Positions 26,688 to 33,749 of a stretch of DNA of 64,000 bases are shown here, in pieces (positions within the stretch are counted from its first letter, which is position 1; each line of letters opens with the position of its first letter). Origin of the DNA: a virus; IMG/VR virus record IMGVR_UViG_3300013233_000195, positions 36,624-100,623 of that record. One strand, given 5' to 3'. The position numbers and the translations under genes were made by a program. Below the pieces are notes generated by a model. The model saw only the letters and a program-made list of their open reading frames with translations, searched no databases and had not been told where the DNA came from.

Positions 26688-26763
26688 TGGAACCCCCAAC
26701 AGGATTTGAACCTGTATCCTCTGCTTAGGAGGCAGGAGCACTATCCCCTTGTGCTATGGGGGC
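26688..26763 (-). tRNA. tRNA-Arg(CCT)
   Basis: Cloverleaf, CCA. Confidence 0.9.
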
Positions 26764-26791
26764 TTGAGCCTATTGAGCCGTTCGTGCGCCC

Positions 26792-26820
26792 ATTATACCA
26801 CGACGGGAGGGGGGAGTCAA
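26792..26820 (-). promoter_or_regulatory. sigma70 promoter
   Basis: TTGACT-N17-TATAAT, TGn. Confidence 0.8.
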
Positions 26821-26855
26821 GCAAAAAAGCGTCAACCCCCCTCCCGGTTGTGACT

Positions 26856-26932
26856 TGGTGGCCTCCCTCGGACTCGAACCGAGATCTTTTCGGTTAAGGG
26901 CCGAAATCTTTGCGCAATTAAGTTAGAAGGCC
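26856..26932 (-). tRNA. tRNA-Lys(CTT)
   Basis: Cloverleaf, CCA. Confidence 0.88.
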
Positions 26933-26938
26933 AAAATA

Positions 26939-27026
26939 TGGCGGAAGGTGAGAGGTTCGAACTCTCGCTGGTGTTACCCAGGCTACAGTTTAGCAAACTG
27001 ACGCCTTTCCACTCGGCCAACCTTCC
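26939..27026 (-). tRNA. tRNA-Ser(GCT)
   Basis: Long variable arm, CCA. Confidence 0.92.
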
Positions 27027-27030
27027 AAGA

Positions 27031-27118
27031 TGGCGGAAGAGGAGGGATTCGAACCCCCACAGGTGTTACCCCGACTACTGGGTTCAAGCCAGCTACATTA
27101 CCGTTCTGTCACTCTTCC
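27031..27118 (-). tRNA. tRNA-Ser(TGA)
   Basis: Long variable arm, CCA. Confidence 0.92.
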
Positions 27119-27206
27119 TGGCGGTAGAGGTAGGATTCGAACCTACGGAGCTATTACACTCACCTATTTTCGAGATAGGCGCATTAATCCTCTCTGCCAC
27201 TCTACC
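27119..27206 (-). tRNA. tRNA-Ser(CGA)
   Basis: Long variable arm, CCA. Confidence 0.92.
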
Positions 27207-27957
27207 TAATACTTTCCATCCAAGTTTCTAAATCTACTTCCCAGTCTTCCTTTTGACTAAACAAAAGATTAGCATTTGGAGCCTGATTCTTGAGAAAGGG
27301 TGTATTCTTCCAAAGAATTAAGCCTTTCTTCTTTAATGCCGCCGCCGCATGATACAGGCCAGAGTCATTTGCTATGATGCCTTGGCAACCAGCGATCTCC
27401 GCAAGACAAGCTCGTATATTTCCAATGTGTGTTGGGGCAATAATATCATTGTCCAACATCCCATCTTGAGCCCGCCTAAGATCGTTGAGGCTGCCCACAA
27501 AATGAACAGCTAATCCTTTACGACGACAGAGTTCTGCTGCCTTTAGGTAAATCTTAGGACCAGGATCTTTGGAGAGTACATAGTTTACTCTCTCCAAGCC
27601 AGAACCACGAACGAAAACGATGTAATCTCGTTCTTCGATTGGCTCTACACAATCTACATAGGTCCATGGAGGATTCTCCTTATCAGGAGGACCAAAAGTC
27701 TCCCAAAGATACCTCCAATCTTCTATGTCCGTTCTTCGTGTGATGCTATCAGAAGTAAACTTCAATTCTCCTTCTGGCTCATCAATTCGGCGGATAAAAG
27801 GACAGTCCAAAAAGCACAACTTTACATATTGCTTCGTAAAGAGTAATGGGACTGGTTCACCAATTACCCGCGATAATCCTTGAATTGCTGGAGTACAGTT
27901 AATGAAGTTGCCTAATGCCCAACTTTTATGTTGGAGGACATAGAAATCACTGTCCAT
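27202..27957 (-). CDS. Glycosyltransferase family 9 (heptosyltransferase-like)
   Basis: ALGNFINCTPAI N-terminus and ANDSGLYHAAAAL motif. Confidence 0.75.
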   Translation of the reverse strand: MDSDFYVLQHKSWALGNFINCTPAIQGLSRVIGEPVPLLFTKQYVKLCFLDCPFIRRIDEPEGELKFTSDSITRRTDIEDWRYLWETFGPPDKENPPWTYVDCVEPIEERDYIVFVRGSGLERVNYVLSKDPGPKIYLKAAELCRRKGLAVHFVGSLNDLRRAQDGMLDNDIIAPTHIGNIRACLAEIAGCQGIIANDSGLYHAAAALKKKGLILWKNTPFLKNQAPNANLLFSQKEDWEVDLETWMESIR

Positions 27958-28654
27958 TAGCTCTCTCCTGGAGTTTGTGATAGAGTTCAAAGGTAGCAGT
28001 TTTAGCCATTCGATTTCTCGTTCTATACCATCTTGGATTGATGAAGTCTCTATCTAACTCTGCTCCAGCAAACTCCTGCAAATGATCTAGTTGTGAAGAT
28101 CTAGACAGTAGCTCCTTGTACTCTACAAAGCAGTATCTCTCGGGTTCTTCATCTGCCTCAACAAGCAAAAAAGCATATAGCTCGTTCCAGAACCTCTCAA
28201 GCTGCTGCCTGCTCGGTCCCGCTGCCCACTTTACCGTGTTAGTGATTGCTTCTGGAGGATAGCGAAAGACCACCACAAATCCAACTTTAACTCCTTTGCT
28301 CTGAAAAACCTGATCCCATGCTCTATGCGTTGCTGAACTTCTTGGATCTTTGTAGGCAAAGGGGGGGTGACACCACTTCTCCATCTCTTGTGTATGGGAC
28401 TTTGAGATTTTCTCTATGGGGGTAAACCCCTTTACCATTTGAGATCTCCAGGCTACATCCTTATGGCCTCCTAGCAGAGCCCCATTCAAGGTTACAAAGT
28501 CCAAGTCCTCATACAGTCCTTGGGGATTTCTTTGTGTAGGTGGTATTAGGTTTTCTCCTTGGAACCAACTCTTTCTAAAGAGCCCCGAGGTCATAGATGT
28601 GCCACTACCATCGTAGCCCAGAATCAAAAGGGACTTTTGTTGTTTATCCTTCAC
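27947..28654 (-). CDS. Sulfotransferase-family protein
   Basis: ILGxxxSGTS, NPxGxYE, KDPR, FRYP, VEYxEL. Confidence 0.75.
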   Translation of the reverse strand: MKDKQQKSLLILGYDGSGTSMTSGLFRKSWFQGENLIPPTQRNPQGLYEDLDFVTLNGALLGGHKDVAWRSQMVKGFTPIEKISKSHTQEMEKWCHPPFAYKDPRSSATHRAWDQVFQSKGVKVGFVVVFRYPPEAITNTVKWAAGPSRQQLERFWNELYAFLLVEADEEPERYCFVEYKELLSRSSQLDHLQEFAGAELDRDFINPRWYRTRNRMAKTATFELYHKLQERANGQ

Positions 28655-29270
28655 CAGTCTTTATTCTCCACAGCATCGCTGAGTTAGTGCTTCTTCCTTC
28701 CTTGGGAACATGGGTTCTATGAGCAAAGGCATAAACCTCAAAGTTTTCCTCTACTAGTCTATCATAGTCATCTAAAGATCGTCCAACGCAGTTAGCCGAT
28801 CTTGCTCTTGTGTCAGTACACTCATAGATGAAGAGCCAAAGTGGGTGACTTTGTGCCATCCAAGCAAGGATCTTGGAAACACCTTCATCACTATTATGCT
28901 GCAAAACATTGGCTGTGAAGACCATATCCACATCCCAAAAGGGGGCTGGTGGAACCGTTGTCACAATCTCTCTTGGATAGTCTTTTGGAAACTCTGAGTA
29001 GTCCACCACATCTACACCTTGATAGTGCGCAGGGTGGAATAAAGAGCACATTCGACCAGTACCACAGCCAAAGTCTAAGACTTGCAGCTTTCGATTCCGA
29101 ACCTTCTTAGGGAGCATATCTCGGATAAACTCCCTCTTTGTCTGAACTACTTTGTGCTGCTCTTCTATAGAGTCTGCACAGTGTCCAACAGACTGTTCAC
29201 CAAGTTTAGTGTATTGTTGTTGCCAATACTCTACAACTTCCTTAGGTGATATACCCATCTTCTCTCCCAT
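28644..29270 (-). CDS. Class I SAM-dependent methyltransferase
   Basis: VLDFGCGTGR, GVD, VLQH. Confidence 0.85.
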   Translation of the reverse strand: MGEKMGISPKEVVEYWQQQYTKLGEQSVGHCADSIEEQHKVVQTKREFIRDMLPKKVRNRKLQVLDFGCGTGRMCSLFHPAHYQGVDVVDYSEFPKDYPREIVTTVPPAPFWDVDMVFTANVLQHNSDEGVSKILAWMAQSHPLWLFIYECTDTRARSANCVGRSLDDYDRLVEENFEVYAFAHRTHVPKEGRSTNSAMLWRIKTGEG

Positions 29271-29271
29271 A

Positions 29272-29588
29272 TGGTGGAGGTGGCGGGTATCGAGCCCGCG
29301 TCCATCAGCGAATCAACATTAGACTCTACATGCTTTTGCTTGGATTTCTAAGCTCCAAGCAGCTTGGCACCGGAGTTAGTTAAACAGCAACCTCGGAAAA
29401 CTGTGGTTCCGGTTCATGCGACACTCTTTCTCCCTCGAAACCGGGAAGAGAGGAGAAGAATGCTCCAACTTCAGTGAGTTGAAGGGTTACAATAGCTTCG
29501 TCAGTTATTGTGTTTGTTTTGGTCTTTTACGCAGCACCCTGCGGCATGCACTAATGATTACTTCCCTGTGTCGAATCCATTCACCCCC
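29272..29588 (-). ncRNA. ssrA: tmRNA
   Basis: 5' GGGGGTGAATGGATTCGAC; 3' GGACGCGGGCTCGATACCCGCCACCTCCACCA; G3.U70; GCATG helix; ATAACT resume signal before the tag ORF at 29502-29380. Confidence 0.92.
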
Positions 29589-29784
29589 GTTGTTCTAAGA
29601 ATTTCCGTTCCTTTTCCGCTAGAATTCTGTGATGTTCGTCAAACCACTTATCTCGTAGCTCTTGTGAGATTGCGCCCATAGAGTACCAGTATTCAACTGT
29701 CCCAATGGACATCTTTTTGAGTAGTTTCCAGTCACAGGCTGGACAACGGCCTAGCCAATGACCCTGTGAACCATCACAATCCAT
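29581..29784 (-). CDS. Hypothetical protein
   Basis: SD GGAGGT; stop overlaps the tmRNA 5' end. Confidence 0.55.
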   Translation of the reverse strand: MDCDGSQGHWLGRCPACDWKLLKKMSIGTVEYWYSMGAISQELRDKWFDEHHRILAEKERKFLEQRG

Positions 29785-29798
29785 AATACCTCCAAGTT

Positions 29799-29886
29799 TG
29801 GTGCCGGAAGCGGGATTCGAACCCGCACGCCCCAATGGGACAGAGGATTTTAAGTCCCCCCGGTCTACCTATTCCACCATTCCGGC
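29799..29886 (-). tRNA. tRNA-Leu(TAA)
   Basis: Long variable arm, CCA. Confidence 0.92.
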
Positions 29887-29889
29887 ACT

Positions 29890-29963
29890 TGGCTGGGCTG
29901 AGAGGAATCGAACCTCTGAAGGGTGGTTCAGAGCCACCCATTTTACCACTAAATTACAGCCCA
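29890..29963 (-). tRNA. tRNA-Gln(CTG)
   Basis: Cloverleaf, U1-A72, CCA. Confidence 0.92.
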
Positions 29964-29970
29964 ACATAAT

Positions 29971-30046
29971 TGGCAGGTCGCGTAGGATTCGAACCCACAT
30001 CTTCTGGTTTTGGAGACCAGCATCTTCCCGGTTAGACCAGCGACCT
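29971..30046 (-). tRNA. tRNA-Trp(CCA)
   Basis: Cloverleaf, CCA. Confidence 0.92.
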
Positions 30047-30048
30047 AT

Positions 30049-30135
30049 TGGTGCCCCAAGAGGGACTCGAACCCTCACGCCACTAGGACAACAGTTTCTA
30101 AGACTGTCGCGTCTGCCTTATTCCGCCATCGGGGC
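30049..30135 (-). tRNA. tRNA-Leu(TAG)
   Basis: Long variable arm, CCA. Confidence 0.92.
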
Positions 30136-30333
30136 ATCTAGTTCTACAAGTTTCTTGGTTTTCTCCTCAGGGCATTCTTCTACTCTGAATCGAGTTTTGC
30201 AGTGTAAGCATGTTGCAAACGTGGTATGCTCATGGGGCCACCTGGTATGGACGAGCTTGAAATACTTCCCCCAGCAGTAGGGACATAGTATGGCGCGGCC
30301 CCCAGGATCATTGGTAATAACGTCCACAGCCAT
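30118..30333 (-). CDS. Zn-ribbon protein
   Basis: CPYC...CLHC; similar to the adjacent ORF. Confidence 0.55.
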   Translation of the reverse strand: MAVDVITNDPGGRAILCPYCWGKYFKLVHTRWPHEHTTFATCLHCKTRFRVEECPEEKTKKLVELDAPMAE

Positions 30334-30549
30334 TTACTTTATCTCCTTAGTAGGAGGTACAATGCAAGTTAGTCCTCTAAGTTCTTTCTCATAGTCATAA
30401 TCTAATCTGAACTTTGCCTTACACTTTATACAAGTAACTTGAAAGGCTCCATTGATCTTTCTCTTTGAGGCTTTGAACCTGTCATTATCACAGAAGCGGC
30501 AGAGGAGAGGAAGCCCCTCTGCTCCATTAGTAAGAGTTAGAATGTACAA
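30334..30549 (-). CDS. Zn-ribbon protein
   Basis: CRFC...CIKC; SD AAGGAG. Confidence 0.55.
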   Translation of the reverse strand: MYILTLTNGAEGLPLLCRFCDNDRFKASKRKINGAFQVTCIKCKAKFRLDYDYEKELRGLTCIVPPTKEIK

Positions 30550-30566
30550 CTTCTACTCCTTTTAGT

Positions 30567-30649
30567 TGGTGCCCAAGGTGGGATTCGAACCCACACGCCC
30601 GAAGGCGCGGTTTTTGAGACCGCTGTGTATGCCATTCCACCACTTGGGC
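30567..30649 (-). tRNA. tRNA-Leu(CAA)
   Basis: Long variable arm, CCA. Confidence 0.92.
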
Positions 30650-30681
30650 ACTTGTAAATACATCCCTGTTCTCTCCCCCCG

Positions 30682-30863
30682 CAGACAGAGATAGAGGGAG
30701 AAACCTCCTGCACCACGCAGCGGTTCAGGCTGTCTGTCCTATGTGAACCGCCTCCTCGGGACATGTTGTGGGGAGGGGCAGAACGGGGTCTCCAAAGTCC
30801 CCTTTTTGCTGAAGTCCGAGTTGGAGAAGGGACAACAGCCTTTTCTAACCCCTACCCCGTCTG
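30682..30863 (-). ncRNA. Candidate rod-shaped ncRNA, 6S-like
   Basis: 5'/3' closing helix plus nested helices found by hand; CCTGAACC-N7-GGTGCAGG hairpin; no credible ORF. Confidence 0.45.
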
Positions 30864-30864
30864 T

Positions 30865-30940
30865 TGGTGCCGTGTGCGGGGTTTGAACCCGCGTCGCAGG
30901 GTTGAGAACCCTACATCCTATCCGACTAGACGAACACGGC
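30865..30940 (-). tRNA. tRNA-Glu(CTC)
   Basis: Cloverleaf, CCA. Confidence 0.92.
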
Positions 30941-30941
30941 A

Positions 30942-31017
30942 TGGTGGCTGTGGGAGGAATCGAACCCCCATTTTCTGGGTGTAAACCAGAAGCCTTAGGC
31001 CATTAGACTACACAGCC
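30942..31017 (-). tRNA. tRNA-Val(TAC)
   Basis: Cloverleaf, CCA. Confidence 0.92.
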
Positions 31018-31022
31018 ATAAT

Positions 31023-31100
31023 TGGTAGTGCCGGTAGGATTTGAACCCACGACCAATGGCATATAAGGCCACCACTCTGACCAGACTGAGTTACGGCACC
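31023..31100 (-). tRNA. tRNA-Ile(TAT)
   Basis: Loop CT-TAT-AT, A73, CCA. Confidence 0.85.
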
Positions 31101-31108
31101 AGGTATTG

Positions 31109-31196
31109 TGGCGGTAGGTGTGAGATTCGAACTCACGGCGCTGTTACACGCTCACGCTTTCCAGACGTGTGCATTAGTCCACTCTGCCAACCTACC
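31109..31196 (-). tRNA. tRNA-Ser(GGA)
   Basis: Long variable arm, CCA. Confidence 0.92.
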
Positions 31197-31201
31197 GAAA
31201 A

Positions 31202-31279
31202 TGGTCTCCAAGGCGGGATTCGAACCCGCGACCCCCCGGTCCCAAGCCGGGCGCTCTGGCCATTCTGAGCTACTCGGAG
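31202..31279 (-). tRNA. tRNA-Pro(TGG)
   Basis: C1-G72, CCA. Confidence 0.92.
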
Positions 31280-31280
31280 A

Positions 31281-31427
31281 TTATCTCTTCTTCTTCCTGC
31301 GTCTTGTTGCCGCAGCCTTCTTGGCCGCTTTCTTCCTCTTCTTCTTTGTTTCTTTTGCCCAACGCTTTGCAATGTCGGGATGAAACTTCCATAGAAAGCG
31401 CCTTTGCTTATCGCTCTTGAATGGCAA
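31281..31427 (-). CDS. Small very basic protein (MPFKSDKQRR...)
   Basis: TTG start after AAGGAGG; K/R/A-rich tail. Confidence 0.6.
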   Translation of the reverse strand: MPFKSDKQRRFLWKFHPDIAKRWAKETKKKRKKAAKKAAATRRRKKKR

Positions 31428-31440
31428 CGCAACCGCCTCC

Positions 31441-31950
31441 TTATGACTTCTTGGCCTTTCCTCGCACACGCTGTAACTTGATGCGCCCACAATCAATCTC
31501 AAAATGGCGGGCAACAGCAGTTACATATAGTTTCTTTGCCTTAGCTTCGCGCATAAGATTAACTCGCCTCTTACGAGAAGATCCCCAAAAGATGTCATTG
31601 TCGCCATCTTCTTTGTCATGTTCTTTGTAGAATAGCAAAGAAACCAGACCACCGGGCATAACTCGTATACTATGCTCTTTACTATGCCAAGCGGCCAAGT
31701 GCTTATAGTCACTTGTCCAATATGATTCTGCTGGTACAAAGCGACTAAGCACTGTGCAGATCACTGCTAAGGCTTCTCGCAAAGAAGCTCTATATCGAAG
31801 GCCCTCCTCATCCTCAATAATAGCTCTCCGAGTTGGAAGAGACCAATTAAGCCCTTGTTCAATCTTCAGAGCGAGTCTTTTGGCTTCGGCTGAATCTATG
31901 TTGAGTTTAGCCACCTTAGTGTTCCTTTGTAAAGTCCGTTGGGAGAGCAC
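31441..31950 (-). CDS. Hypothetical protein (start probably at GTG ~31914)
   Basis: Long ORF. Confidence 0.55.
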   Translation of the reverse strand: MLSQRTLQRNTKVAKLNIDSAEAKRLALKIEQGLNWSLPTRRAIIEDEEGLRYRASLREALAVICTVLSRFVPAESYWTSDYKHLAAWHSKEHSIRVMPGGLVSLLFYKEHDKEDGDNDIFWGSSRKRRVNLMREAKAKKLYVTAVARHFEIDCGRIKLQRVRGKAKKS

Positions 31951-32002
31951 AGTCGCACTAACGCCAAGAACGCTTAAAAGGGTAACTGTGCTCTCCCGCC
32001 AA

Positions 32003-32076
32003 TGGTGGCTGTGGGTGGACTCAAACCACCTTAGTCGGCTTATGAAACCAATGCCCTATCTATAGACGACACAGCC
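32003..32076 (-). tRNA. tRNA-Met/Ile2(CAT), elongator type
   Basis: Loop TT-CAT-AA, CCA; T-loop variant. Confidence 0.8.
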
Positions 32077-32078
32077 TT

Positions 32079-32155
32079 TGGGAGCGGGAGTGGGAGTCGA
32101 ACCCACGATCTCTGGCACATGAAACCAGCGAGGACGGCCTCTCCTCCATCCCGCA
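32079..32155 (-). tRNA. tRNA-Met(CAT), initiator-like
   Basis: 1:72 mismatch, GCGGGA/TCCCGC acceptor; lacks the three G-C anticodon-stem pairs. Confidence 0.75.
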
Positions 32156-32158
32156 ACT

Positions 32159-32359
32159 CTATTGTTCTAAAACCCGAACATTGAAGCCCAAGCCAACCTT
32201 CATTCCAAGAATGCTTTTCTTAGAAGCCTCAGCGTAGCTTGTGAACTTTTGAGCGTCCTCCTTATCATGTACAAACATTCTACCATCCCAAAAAGCTATT
32301 GGAAACCAACCTATCTTCTTAGGGTAGTTATAATGCTTTTCCAGTACGATATAGAACAC
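32159..32359 (-). CDS. Hypothetical protein
   Basis: First ORF after the promoter at 32399. Confidence 0.5.
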   Translation of the reverse strand: MFYIVLEKHYNYPKKIGWFPIAFWDGRMFVHDKEDAQKFTSYAEASKKSILGMKVGLGFNVRVLEQ

Positions 32360-32398
32360 TCAGTCACCCCCGAGGGGAGAGCCCCCACCGACGCGAGC

Positions 32399-32427
32399 AT
32401 TATACCACGCCGCCGCTCCGGTGTCAA
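32399..32427 (-). promoter_or_regulatory. Consensus sigma70 promoter
   Basis: TTGACA-N17-TATAAT, TGn. Confidence 0.85.
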
Positions 32428-32434
32428 GGGAAAA

Positions 32435-32710
32435 TCACAGGCCGCCGAGGGTGCGCAGCTCCTCGTCGATCTCGTGGAGTTCTTTTACCGCCCATTGGCG
32501 ATCAAGGAGAACAAGACCAATTTCAAAGAGTTCAGAGCGAGTCATCGGCCTTTCTCCAGCCTCTTTGCGCTTTTCATTCTCCTCTTTCAACTTCTGAACC
32601 AACCGGAACATGACCGGAGCAAATGGCTGGTGTATATACACCGAGTATTGTCCATAGAACATGTCCTTGTTGGACTTTAGCCGGATCTTTCTAGTCACCG
32701 TATCCTCCAA
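32435..32710 (-). CDS. Hypothetical protein
   Basis: SD GGAGG (likely GTG start). Confidence 0.55.
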   Translation of the reverse strand: MEDTVTRKIRLKSNKDMFYGQYSVYIHQPFAPVMFRLVQKLKEENEKRKEAGERPMTRSELFEIGLVLLDRQWAVKELHEIDEELRTLGGL

Positions 32711-32711
32711 G

Positions 32712-32785
32712 TGGAGCGGGCTATGGGATTCGAACCCATATGAACGGGGTGGAAACCCGACATGTTGCCATTACATCAAGCCCGC
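32712..32785 (-). tRNA. tRNA-Gly(TCC)
   Basis: GCG/CGC, U73, CCA. Confidence 0.92.
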
Positions 32786-32792
32786 AATGATT

Positions 32793-32896
32793 GAGAAGCA
32801 TTGTAGTAGTGGGATTCGAACCCACACAACCACCAACTACATCTTTTGGGTTGCAACTTGGTTTCCCTTCCAACTTGGGATACTACGATACTTCTC
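32793..32896 (-). ncRNA. tRNA-like RNA with extended 16-bp terminal stem, 21-nt anticodon loop and no CCA
   Basis: D-arm TCCC/GGGA, stem ACCAA/TTGGT, perfect T-arm GTGGG-TTCGAAT-CCCAC. Confidence 0.7.
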
Positions 32897-32899
32897 CGT

Positions 32900-32973
32900 T
32901 GGAGCAGCAGATGGGAATCGAACCCATGTACCTCCGTTAGTAACGGAGGATTCTACCACTGAATTACTACTGC
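32900..32973 (-). tRNA. Short-variable-loop tRNA with anticodon ACT (Thr/Gly-like body)
   Basis: Cloverleaf; loop TT-ACT-AA; G1-C72, C2-G71, U73, CCA. Confidence 0.8.
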
Positions 32974-33000
32974 GAATATGTTAAGCCAAAGTGTGTGAGT

Positions 33001-33102
33001 TTACAAATACTCCTCAGGATCACCCTTACAGCTAGAGTCAAAGGAATCAGGAGAACAGAAAAGTTCATACAGAAACAGAAAGAAGCCCGAAGAAAGAAAC
33101 AT
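33001..33102 (-). CDS. 33-aa small ORF (not in ORF track)
   Basis: AGGAGG then ATG; MFLSSGFFLFLYELFCSPDSFDSSCKGDPEEYL. Confidence 0.4.
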   Translation of the reverse strand: MFLSSGFFLFLYELFCSPDSFDSSCKGDPEEYL

Positions 33103-33131
33103 TGGAAACCCTCCTATCTTTTTAGAGACAT

Positions 33132-33208
33132 TGGGGCGACGGGTGGGACTTGAACCCACTCAGTCCGGGTCACAGCCGGAGGGACTAACCAGTTATCCTA
33201 CCGCCGCC
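33132..33208 (-). tRNA. tRNA-His(GTG)
   Basis: G-1:C73, CCA. Confidence 0.92.
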
Positions 33209-33218
33209 ATTATTCTGT

Positions 33219-33294
33219 GGAGAGCGCCTTCTCTGTTAGACCATCGGTGAACGATCAACCCCACCTTACGGGATTTGAACCCACATCTCTCTCC
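33219..33294 (-). ncRNA. Circularly permuted tRNA mimic (T-arm, closed acceptor, D-arm; YrlA Y-RNA-like topology)
   Basis: GGAGAG-AGAT-[GTGGG TTCAAAT CCCGT]-[GGTGGG..TTCACC]-TG-[GTCT..AGGC]-G-CTCTCC. Confidence 0.65.
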
Positions 33295-33298
33295 GTGC

Positions 33299-33373
33299 TG
33301 GCTGCTAGGGTGGGATTTGAACCCACACTTTGACGATTAACAGTCGCCAGCTCTACCATTAAGCTACCTAGCA
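33299..33373 (-). tRNA. tRNA-Asn(GTT)
   Basis: Cloverleaf, CCA. Confidence 0.92.
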
Positions 33374-33377
33374 ATTT

Positions 33378-33453
33378 TGGTGGACGAGGGAAGATTTGGA
33401 CTTCCGACCACCGACGTATCAGATCGGCACTCTGACCCCTGAGTTACTCGTCC
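33378..33453 (-). tRNA. tRNA-Ile(GAT)
   Basis: Cloverleaf, CCA; T-loop variant TCCAAAT. Confidence 0.85.
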
Positions 33454-33653
33454 ACATTTTTACTATAGTCTTCAACAACTCGAATGGAAACCTTCACAAC
33501 TCCCTTTCGAGTGAGGGGAGGAGGAATGTCTCCCTTTTCTCGAAAGATCCTCAAACTAAGTCCAGGAGTACGATAGAAGAATCCAAACTCTTGCTTAGAA
33601 ACGTATCCTACTGAGTCAAGAATTTCCGATGTTGTGTTGTCCTGATCTATCAT
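33444..33653 (-). CDS. Hypothetical protein
   Basis: SD GAGGAG before MIDQDN. Confidence 0.5.
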   Translation of the reverse strand: MIDQDNTTSEILDSVGYVSKQEFGFFYRTPGLSLRIFREKGDIPPPLTRKGVVKVSIRVVEDYSKNVDE

Positions 33654-33669
33654 TCTTATCTCCTCAAAG

Positions 33670-33746
33670 TGGAAGGGGTGGTCGGATTCGAACCGACGAT
33701 TGCGAGGTTCAAAGCCTCGTGTCTTTGTCCACTTGACGACACCCCT
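33670..33746 (-). tRNA. tRNA-Gln(TTG)
   Basis: Cloverleaf, CCA. Confidence 0.88.
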
Positions 33747-33749
33747 GTT

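Noticed and set aside
29799-30135. tRNAs labelled TAA/TAG (and Ser TGA) as stop-codon suppressors or evidence of recoding
   Set aside because: These are anticodons reading Leu/Ser codons; long genes translate intact in the standard code and end at all three stops
30650-30864. SRP RNA, RNase P RNA or group II intron fragment
   Set aside because: No SRP domain IV, RNase P P4 or intron domain V motifs seen
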